This document shows, piece after piece, positions 24,001 through 36,000 of a DNA stretch of 64,000 nucleotides (its first letter is position 1; every line of letters starts with the position of its first letter). Source of the stretch: Lytechinus pictus. Lineage: Eukaryota. Under the pieces are notes generated by a model. It did no database searches. It saw only the letters and a list, made by a program, of their open reading frames with translations, and had not been told where the DNA came from. The stretch lies in assembly GCF_037042905.1 (NCBI RefSeq), contig NC_087252.1:11038001-11102000 (forward strand). The letters are read 5' to 3'. Position numbers and translations under genes: made by a program.

Positions 24001-27000
24001 AAAGAAAAACAAAAGGTTGAAAAACAAAGAAATACATAAGAAATTCATAAAACAATAAAATACATAAGAAACTGATTTCCAAACCGAAGTTTTTTTCAAT
24101 TGCCATTGTTAAGAATGCTACAAAGAATATTTTTACCAAAAATTAGCATTCTAGGAGCTTTATTTAGTGAATTAGAGCAAAAAGTATGATTTATGCATAA
24201 ATTAGCATAATTAATTCATATAAAATAAAATCTCATTATTTTGGAATATTTTACCATACAGCCTTGTAGATTACATCGCACACTACCAGCGTGCAAATTT
24301 TTGCGGCGCTCGCGCGATCGGCGGCCGAGATCTCAGGGGGGGGTTGAATCAACCCCCCCCCGGCCACAGAACAGACAAAAAAGCCCGGCCTAGTTAGGGT
24401 TAAAGCAAGTTTTATCAAAGAAAGTAATGGAAGTTAAAAAGTCTTGTACAATTTATGGGGTCCTCAAATTGGCGAACATGCTTAAAAATAGATGATTTTG
24501 TGGACAACTCTCCATTCGTTTATTACCCCTATATTTTATATATTTCTGATTATTTCCTCCTGACCTTGATGTATGTCGTGTGAATTATATTTTCCTAAAT
24601 GATTAATATTTTAATACTACATGCATATATCATTGAATGAAATACTAAAATGTTTGTACAAAAATAATAATTACTAGTTATTTCTACACTAGTACTTGCC
24701 TTTTTTTATACTGAATTTAATTTTAAGTATTGTCATCTAATATTCAAATGGACGCTTTATCTGTTTGCATCCATTATGTAAGCGTGTAGTCACATTCATT
24801 GTATACAATTTTTATGTAATAATTGCTTTATATCTTCAATATTGTATTTTGATGTTGTTTGACTCGAAGTTGTGAACGAAACAAATTTCCGATAGGGACG
24901 AATAAAGACAGACTTCGAACTTGAACTTTGACTTACCACCCTCATATAGAGGTCTATCAAGGCAGATGCTACGATCTGCTACCGGACAACAAATGTAAAA
25001 CTGAGAGTCCTCACAGTAGTTTGTACATTGTAACTCTTCACCGGTCAACATTGGAAGGATCATTCGTCGGCACGTCATTTCATCTGATACAGCTGTGGAA
25101 ATTAAAATTTGTATTTAGCAGGTTTATTTTGTTATTGTCATTAGTATTATGATAATTATTATCATTTTCAGAATCATAATTACCATTATTATCATTTTCA
25201 AGATCTATATCATCATCTTCACCACCATCATCATCATCATCATCATCATTATCACCAACACCATCATCATCATCATCATCACCATCATCATCACCATCAT
25301 CATCACCATCACCATCACCAACACCATCATCATCATCACCAACAACGCCATCATCATCATCATCATCAACATCACCATCATCAGCATCATCATCATCATT
25401 ATCTTCATCATCATCATGATTTTTATTACCATTATAACTATTATTAACAATAATAATATTACTATTTGAAATTAATATAGTGCATAATAGTCAAAGAGAC
25501 TCTCTATGAATTGTATAAATAAAAAATTTACTAAATTATCCAAATTATACATTAAATCTAATCTATTACGCTGGTGAGTATGCTGCAATGATCTGGTAAA
25601 ACTTCATACATGCATCTTTTTTAAAAAAATGCACAAAAAATAGTTGAAGGTTTTTAGTAGGGTATAAAAGAGTACTTATCCCTTAAATCACAAAGACATA
25701 AAAACAGCAAGCATTAAATTTAAACTTTGAATGAGAATATCTCTAAATTGCTAAAAAGAGAGATATACATGTACATACATGTAGTTTTTGCCATATCATG
25801 ACTGGGGCTTTTATCCTGTCCTAAGTTATGGACGCCGTCTTACAAAGAGTTCCAATTAATCCAATTAATCTCAACTGTATGGAAATCCATCCATACCATA
25901 ATTTTTTCTACAGGAAATTTGCACTATTTCCTTAATAAACAAAGAGAATCACACTGAATCTTCAAGAGAATGACAAATGTAAAGTATACTTATCTAGGAA
26001 ATATTTTGTACAAAACATGCATTTCAAATGTTGACCATGCTGGCTCTCCATACACGTAGTTGCGGTTGATCAGAACAATCGCAACTCTTTGTAAGACTGG
26101 GCCCTGGTTTCCACACAACTTTGTATATGTACTTACAACTTTCATACTCAAGAATGGTTGGTCTTGAATCGGTGCGGACTTTGTATTCAATGGTATACCC
26201 AGTGATGAGAAGCGAACCATCGTCATTTGGCGGACTAAACTGAATAGACATGGTTGACGAGGTTACGTCTGTGATGCGTAGGCCTACAGGTGCGGATGGC
26301 CTCTCTGTAAAGAATCGATTACCATTATCATTTTATCTTTTATCAAATCATTATTATCAAAATCATTATCGTCATCAGGGGCAGATCCAGGATTTTCGAA
26401 AGGGGGGGGGGGGGCACATTTTCTCAAGGAAAATTTGACATGCAAAATCAAAAGGTTTAGTTGTTTTGTCCACCGTAAAATCTGACAAAGCAAAAAAAAA
26501 AAAAAAAAAAAAAAATTTGTGCTTAAGGTCATATTCCCCTTAAAAAATGCCCTGTCTCTCAAGAGGAGGGCAAGGGGCACACTTATGTATTAATGGCATA
26601 TTTACATTTACATTAAAAAAATTGACCATGGCTCTCAAGAGGGGGAGGGGGGGGGCACAGGCTGGATGTGCCCCCAGATCATCATCATTACGCATAGAGA
26701 CCTGTAGGTGTTATGCATCTATTAACCCTAAAAAGACTGCTATTTCAACACCTAAGATGGGGGGGGGGGGCTGATTGAGCCCTCCTTCTACACTCCCAGT
26801 CAGCTATCTTTGACTCACAATTACCTGTAAAGACAGATAATGGTCAGTCAAAGATAGCCGACCGGTTGTGCATGATCTCGGCCACTGATCGTGTGATCGC
26901 AACGAAAAATCGGCATGCACATTGTCCATGGCATAATCTACAAAATTGTTTGATCGAATTCTTCGAGAAAATTCATTTCTGATTAATTATGCTAATTTAT

Positions 27001-30000
27001 GCATAAAGTATGAGCTTTGTTCTAATTAACTAAAAAATGCCTCTAAAATGCTAAATTTTTGTTCACAGACTCTTCACAGGATTCCGATCAAAAGAATGTT
27101 GCGTAATTTTGGAACTGCATACCCGGAGGTCGCAATTTTGGTCTCAAAAGTTGCGGGAGACTTGGAAGTAAAAAATCAGTGAGCGACAAGGCCAAAATCT
27201 ATTGCAAACATTTTTGAGGGGGGCTGAATTAACCCCCCCCCCCCATCTTAATACTGTACCATTATTATTACTACTATTACTACTACTACTATTACCATCA
27301 TTATTATTATCATAATTAATATTATCATTATCATTATTATTATCACTATTATTATTATCATAATCATTATTATTATCATTACGATTATCATCACTATCAT
27401 CATCATCACCTCCACCACCATAAAAAAAGAAAATATCTTAGTAGCCATTGCCATTTTTCAATGAAGATCAAATGACTTTATTATTCATGAACAAAATTAA
27501 TAATACTACAATTCTGATTGCTTGATGAAAAGCTATTTTATGGATCAAGGCTTTTAGTCAGGCTTCAAAGATGTCATTTCAAGATTTCGTTTGAACTTAC
27601 CCGCTTTAGTAAGTTCCTGTCGATGATTCAAGAAGCCCTTGGTGTTTGAGCCATTGCAAAAGTAAGCTCCAAAATCCTCGTCTTCGGGCGTGATCTGAAC
27701 ATTCACAAACAAAATTATAACAGTACAGTAAAAGATGCTTCTTTGCTTGTTTAAAGGCTTGTTCTCATCTGCCTAATCTCGGCAGGGCTTAAATAGTTTT
27801 ATTCATGCTCTACTTGGTTATCTGTGCACAAGGAACTAAGAATGAAAATCAATGTTCAGAATTAAAAGGTAAGTGCATATATATTGGACAAGGAATGCAG
27901 TAACAGACAGAATATCAGGGAGCATATCATGAAAGGAACTGTTTTATGTTTTATCCAACAAAGAATGATTTATCCATCTAACAGCTGCTACAGAATTATT
28001 ACCTCTTGGCCAGTCAAAATTTAAACATTGTAAGATACAAAATACTTGTCAGACAACAATGTTGATAAAATGGTCTCCAGGGTGTAAAGAGTTAAAGGAA
28101 AATGAAAGGATAGATTTATTATCTGGTCATAAGCCTATTACATTTCACTAATTAAAATAAAATTAAAATGAGGCAGAACGCCTTCCTATTTCCCATGATA
28201 TCCCAAGTCAAAGTTATCAATATTCTGATATTCGAAAGACCCGTGGAGGTCACCATTTTGCTCATACTCCACATATCTCAGTGGGGGGTTGTGACGTCAG
28301 CGACAAACAACTCGGTGTCCGACCCCGGCGCGCACCTGTGATTGCTAGCGTAAAACACATAGGCCAATGCTGATCAGGATGGTATACTGCCAGGCGTATG
28401 GCTGCCAAAATCGGTCAGAAAAGGGGACAAAATGCAACTAGCTTTTACAGAATTCACGATCCGCAGAAGAGGCCAGAAATCTCTCTCTAAAAAAAATGGG
28501 TGGCTGCTGCTGACTGTGCGCCGATGTGCCTCTATATACTCTAGCTCTGCTCGTTGAGCGATTTCTTCGGCCGAGTATTGTGGCTCGAAGTCGTAGGCTC
28601 TCGGGCCTTCCATTTCAATACAAACGTGCGCGATAAGTTTTGTTTTATTTAAAATCAATGGTAACAAATAATAAACAACGTTAGATATACAAAAATATAG
28701 CACAATCAACAATTTCACGATATTTAATCAGGATAAATAACCAAACTTCCAACATAACACGATCACTCGGTTCAGGGTATATGACCGTCCATACAAATTT
28801 AGCTTTGTCAAATTTGCCAATTTGGATATCGTAAATAAATTTGTAAAAATTTTCATAAAAACTCATCAATTTGTGTTTTTCAACCATAAAATAATTTCAA
28901 TAGCTTTTTAATAATATTTTCAAGTGTTTTATGTGTATATTTTATTTATTTCTGATAAAAAAAAAAACTATATTATGCAAACTTGGGGCGGTTTCAGCCC
29001 GTATAGCTAGCTATGTATTATGCAAATGGAAGTACCGGTCGCGTACCGGTACTACCGAGAGCAGTTGTTCATCGCTGACGTCACAATTTTGAACGAACCC
29101 CGCAACAATGGCGATCTCCATTCAGAGACTTCGAACCTGAAGAAGCCCAACTTTGAAGAGGTGGTACTCGATACTGGTAAATCAGATTGGTGTTTAAGTG
29201 GATTCATTTTGATTGTCATGTACTTATCAATGATATTATGTGGTATTAAATTTTGGGTTTCATTCTCCTTTAACCCTAAATAGACTGGGCTATTTCGAAT
29301 CCTAAGACTGAGGGGGGGGGGCTGATTGATCTCGGCCGTCGATCGTGCGATCGCGACGAAAATTGGCACGCGCGCTTCCCATGGCATTATCTACAAAACT
29401 ATAATATAAAATTCTGCGAAAAATCTCATTGCTCATTAATTATGCTTATTTCTGCGTAAAATCATAAGTTCGCTCTAATTAACTAAATAATGCCCCTAAA
29501 ATGCTCATTTTTGTTTCACATACTCTTTATAGGCATCTCATGAAATTAATTTTTTTCAAATGTCAACATCACATTTATTTTCTTATGTATTTTATTGTTT
29601 TCTAAATTTCTTATGTATTTCATTGTTTTTCATTGTTTTTCAAAGGAAATCGTTGGGGACTTTATTTTGAACATAAACAAGATAAAATTAATTGATTTTA
29701 AGCAGTAGAAGGAAAAATAATGATATATTATATGAATTTTGGCTAAAAACACTATTTGCATTGGATTTGTACACAAATTCATGTTTTGGAGCAATTTTGG
29801 GACTGCATGCACTTACGAAATGATGCGTAATTTCGGAACCGCGTACCCGGAGTTCACAATTTTGGTCTCCAAAGTTGGGCGAGACTTGAAAGTAAAAAGT
29901 CAGCGAGCGACGAGGTCAAAAAATTTTGCGTGGCGGATTTATCGCGAAAAATGTCGAGGGGGGGGCTGAATCAGCCCCCCCCCCCGCCAGTCTTCTTAGG

Positions 30001-33000
30001 GTTAAGGATAAACAAGGAGAACACTTATATGGCAAGAAGACAGATGAAGAATAATGACAAAGAAAGACTTTGGAGGAATTTCAATGAAATCCTAGGGGCA
30101 TTTATCCACAATGGGGATTGAAGTCGAAATTGCAATTAAAATGGCAAGGACTTGCATGGACAAGAGCTTGACCACAATTCAAAGAGCTGGATCAACACAT
30201 GTATGGTACGCACATACAAAGGCATCATTTCTTTACGATTATACGCTGTGCATTGTGGGATAGAAAAAAAAACCAAGATTTGTAAAATTTCAAATCATTT
30301 GCAGATTCACACACCAAGTCTCAGCAAAGTATCAAAAAAAAAAATTTTTTTGGGGGGGATTAAGAAGATCAGCAATTTGGATCACAGCGGCTCTTTATGA
30401 TTTCCTTTCCAGACAAGCAAATATGCAAAAATAAAGAAATTGTTTTTATAGTTTCCTTTTTCATCTGTGTTTCAATGCCACTACCGTACCTGGATTACAG
30501 AAGTTCCTGGAGGTAGGCCGTCAATGACTGTCACATCTAAACCATCAATGAGTTCTACATTATTCTTCGTCCATTTGACGGTGGGAAGTGGGTAGCCAAA
30601 GAACACGCAGGTGAGGTTCGTCAGTCTCCCGACCCACGATACAGTGGTCAATGGGGTCCTCGTCTGGTCTATGATAGGCTTGTCTGAAAATGTGATCAAA
30701 CAATACATTTTAATCAGCTTTTGATCCTTAAATTGGCCATAATCATTATGTTTCAATCTCCTTTCTCACTATAGAGTGCTCAATGGGGTCCTCATATGGT
30801 CTATGATAGGCTTGTCTGAAAATATGATCAAACAATACATTATGGAGCATTGTGGGCCAATGGATTAGTCTACACACTTTGAAACAGAGGGTTATAGGTT
30901 TGAATATCAGCCATGGCATAACTTCATTCAATAAGAAATTGATCCAGAATGTCCTGCCCAACTAGTTTTATGTTTGGGTAATGTCGCCCTCTACGACAGT
31001 TCACTGTTAAATCCGCCCTTGCTCGGCCGGCGCTTTTCTCTGAGGTAAAGCCCGACAACGTAAACAAGGTGGATAGGTGCGCTATACAAATACCCTATAT
31101 TTTGTCATTATTATTAACAATAATAATGTAACTTATAAAGTGCCAAATCCAATCTGTACATGTAGAGTGCTCACAGCGCATAAAGAGCCAAGAATCGAAT
31201 ATAAGAGTTTTGACAAGATTTTTATAGTCCTGACAGAGGCACTTTTTTGATGTCTTCAGGAATGCTATTCTAAAAAGTGGGGCATGCATAAGCAAAGGAT
31301 CTTTCCCAAAAAGTTTTTGAAACTTTTGAAATAACATAGTGGCCAGAAGTTGATGAGCATAAAGACCTACTTGGTCTGCTGTAATTGATAAAGGAAATAC
31401 TGTATTGTGGTGCTGATCCATGAATGCTATGAAAAGCAAGCAACAAACTCTTAAAGATTATCAAATTTTTGATCGGGGGCCAATACAGCGAATTCAAGAT
31501 GAAAGTTATATGAGAGCGTTTATTTGACAAAGCGACAATGTGAGTCAGAGCATTCTGAAGCTTATATAACTGAGCCTGGGGTAAGTTGAATACAATAACA
31601 TTACACAAAAATCATCTGCATTTGCTCTTCATATTGAGAACAGTCATTATCATTATCATTATTTCATAACTCTTTTCCCTGATACAGTGGTTGACAGAGT
31701 CCTTTATCTACTCTGCAAAATATGTAAAAAACTTGAAGATAAAGATCGTAACACTTACATTCAACCAGGAGCATGTGATCGACGTAGACATCGCCGGCGG
31801 GGCTCTCAGCATAGCACGTCCAGGTACCTTCATGCTCTCGTTGGATGTTGGTGATGGTCAGAGTCAGGGCCCCGGTAGCGCTATTCTGTGTCACAACGAC
31901 CCTGGAATCATCAGGCTAGGTCAAAGGTTAGAATAAATACAGTAGAAGGTATAGAGCTATGACGACAGTTGCCTGGTTCTAAACATTCATGTATGAACCC
32001 GCCAAATGAAAGCGTGTTTCTCATAGGAGAAAATGGCTGCAGTCGGAATTTGATCGCTCGCAACCTATTTTTCAGACGACAAATGTGGACAGACGATCGT
32101 CAGCTGCGACTCTGTTTAGAACCAGCCTGCCATGACACCATAGCAACTGACGTCACACTTCGGTACTTAATCTACACATGGTTTTCAGGTGACATAAACT
32201 GACATGACATTTGCTCCTGTGACAATTGCTCCGGGCTTTATTTCATCTAAGATATAGGGTTAGGTTGCTATAGGGCATTATGTTCGGTTATGTTAATTCC
32301 TTAAAAAAATTAAGTGCAGCAGCTAGGTCGGTAGCCTAACAAGGTGGATATGTGTGCTATACAAATACGCTATATTACACCTATTTACGACACTGTTATG
32401 TCGCCCTCGTGAGCCATATAAATGAAAGTCGGGTTGGTCAGTCCATTATCTTTTTAAAAATATTTTTCAATACCTTTGCTGCTGTGCATGAGAAATGGGA
32501 TGATTTACTTATGCAATAAAAATTGCAAATTTTAGAGCCCTTTTAAGTTATTTATCACAAATTTGAACAAATTCATCACACAAATCTATCATTTTCTCAC
32601 AAAACATTACATTTGTATATATAATTTTGGTCTGCTAGAAGGACAGAAAAAGAGAAAAATACAGAAACCCTGCTTTTTGCATATGATGGTCACTCGTTCA
32701 GTCAGATAAGAGCAACACAACAATTTTTAATTTAATAGGCCTTAATAATACCTGAGAACCTAGCTCCAGCTCATGCATGGCGGTACGCCCCCCACGTCTG
32801 AACGAGAGGGTAGCCTCTGAACGGAAGTTAGTAATGGCACATTCAAAAGATCTTGTATTGCCTCCTTCAGCGGTCTCATCAACGGTGTATATCTGTTGTT
32901 GCGTTAGGACCGGTGGTACGAGCACATTGAGCTCGATGGTGTGCGTGATTGCAGTACTGAAAGATTAAAAGATAATTTAACGAAAGAAATTTGATGAAAT

Positions 33001-36000
33001 GAATTCTACTCCTACTACTGTAATAATGCAAGACCCTGTTCTCACTATACTCTTTAAAACTTGTTTACTGGAATCCGGTTTAGGAAACCTGTTTGTTGAT
33101 TTTAAATCAATATTATTATTACCATAGCAATGAAAAAATATATATAAACAAGGCCTGAACATATCATACCTTGTCCTAGCTCCCAAAGGGTCGTTACTCG
33201 CTGCACATTCAATCGTGATTCCATTGTCGTCTTGCGGTAATTGAATATTTATAATCCTCAGTTGCCTATTTCCAACAGATGACAACTCGTACATATCTGG
33301 AATGTTGGTGATCTCTTCGCGGTCGCTACCGATCACATGTGTCCATGTGACCTGTGGGTCGGGTCGTCCAGTGGCCACGCACACCAGGGTCACGTCTGAG
33401 TTGATGACAACGTCCCGTTGGGATGGGAGGGTACCAGCCCATTTAGGTGGAACTACAAGGAGTAAGAAATATATTGATATACAGTACATCCCAGAAAAAA
33501 GGAAACCAGAATTCACATGTCTTTTTTTCTTCAAAGGAAAATGAATTATGATATTTCCTTTACATAATCATACAATTCAATTATTCCTCTTTATTTTGAT
33601 ACTTAAAGCTAAATGAAAGTAGTTGCAGTAAAACACTGATTTCGTGAGAAAGTCTGTAAAACCAAGGTTAAGTATTACTATATCATCGTGGATCTAGATC
33701 TGGTACAGTACTTTGTGAAATCATAAAATCTAAGCTGAAAAATTATCACACTGAAGATCACAAACACAGATACATGTAGGCACACATGGGACAGTGTATT
33801 ATTATTGCTGGAATAAAGACCAGACGGAAGTGCCAGAATCCTCGCTTATTTTGCTTATTTCTCAGCAATTACACAATTTCTTCCAGCACATATTTTTTAT
33901 TCATACAAACAGACACTTGGATGGTCATTATATTGGACTCTGTAAAAAGTCATTTTGGAGATCGTTACCACAACTGGCATTCATCTTTAACATGAGACAA
34001 ACACTTCATGCTTTAATGAGAAAGACAAGTTTGAAATTTTAATGTCAAACCAGGTTGTGCAGAAAAAATTGACAAGATTGGTTCTTGACATGATGACAGT
34101 GCTTATTCCACGATTGGCTCATTATCATTTGTTTTGTATTCTTTGTTAAAATTCTCTCACTGATCACTGAAATGAGTGTGGATTCAGATTCACACGAGCT
34201 TCTGCGCAAATTGTTTCTGATATGCCTCAATATTTAATGTTTGTTATCTGCCATGCGTGAACGATTTGCTTAGCTGTCGGTTTCAAATTCGAGATGAGAT
34301 TCCACTCTTGCCAGAAGTATCAAATTTATGGCAAAAACATATTTAATAATTGTGAAATCTATCCCTGAAAACAGGTTTCCCTTTTTTGTGGGACGCACCA
34401 TATAGTCAAATCTGTATTGAAGGAAGGCAAGAAAAGAGGTCTTTGTGATTTTTAAAGACAAGTACATTTCATACTTGCTTCAATGATGAAAATTATTCAA
34501 GGAAAACTGAAAACGTGATCTTTATGGACAGATGGTATTCATTAAGGTTTGTATGCATACAAATAACTTATTTGCAATAAATTACAAATTCAATATCAAA
34601 TTTAAATTGCAAACTTACAAGTGGTACACAGGGGCCGCGGAACGGTTTTCAAAGTGGGGGGGCTGAGCCAAAAGTGGGGGGCTGACCATGCTAAAAATCA
34701 CAATCATATGGTCATTTTTACGTTTTTGTACACGGTTTTGGAAAAAAGTGGGGGGGCTGAAGCCCCCCCAGCCCCCCCGCTTCCGCGGCCCCTGGTACAT
34801 TAATGATAACTCTGGCAAAATAATACATTCATCACAAGACGTAGCCAGGATTTAATTTTGGAGGGGGCGGTAAATGCACGCGAAACGTGCCAACACTTAC
34901 AGAGTGCGGAAAGCACATTCCCTAGGGGGAGGGTGCAGGGAGGGGGGAGTTTCCCCCCTTTAGCGCGGAGCGCGAAGTTTTTGATATCTCATCAAATTCA
35001 AATCAAAAGAAGACATCTCTTGCGTCTGTAGCACCCTTATCAACTCAAATTCAATTGACCTGCTGTGAATTTAAAAAATTGTTTTGGAAAGAGAAATTAT
35101 GAGCGCCCCAAAATGGGAAAAGATTGAAGAATTAAGAATAATTCCTCTTACCACTCGAAGCGCGGAAGCTTAAAACGTTTTATAAAAATAGTGAACAGAA
35201 TTTTTACAATTATGCCTACCTTGGTCAAATCAGATTTGATTGTGAAAACTTTATCCACACTAAATTTCGTTAACTCAAGTCGCAAAACAGAAACAGGTAT
35301 ATACAGGAAGGAAATAGGCCCTATTCCTTCCGGGAATGGCGTTGAAGCTCTGAATAATAGAAATTTCTCTGAAACTTTAACCTGTTCTAATTTTGATATT
35401 TCTTAGATTATATACAACTCGATTAAGATAAAAAACGTGCTCAAAATTTGAAAGGGATGATGCAAGCTAGAAGAGGGACTTTTCCTTTCCCATGCTCGCG
35501 AAGCACGGAAACCTCTGTGATTTATTTTGGAAGAAAAAAACATTGCGTAATTTCGCTCATATTAAGCGCTTCCTTTTGTTTGATCAAGAAACTTCAGTGA
35601 TATTCAAAATTTCAAATCAATGGCGCAAAACAAGATAGGACATGGATGTACAGCGATACAGAATAAAGATTAATATCGTACATATTTGTGCATATACCAC
35701 GGCATGAATTTAATGCCTCCTCCTTTGAGCAGATACTTCGCCAAAAATTACTTGCTGAAAAGCGTAGAAATAGCATTTGGGGACTCGGGTAGTGACCGAA
35801 AAGTCTCCCCGCTCCGAACAGAAGAGCCAAAATATTGTGTCAACGCAAACAAAATAAAAATACTTTGCATAATCTTTACACCCCCCTATGTATACTTTAT
35901 AATTTCTGGCAAGAATATACGCTTCCCCCAGCCGGGAAGGGGAAAAACGGAGTAGAAAAAAAGGTGTGGGAAACAAAAGGGAATAGCAAATTTGAACGTC

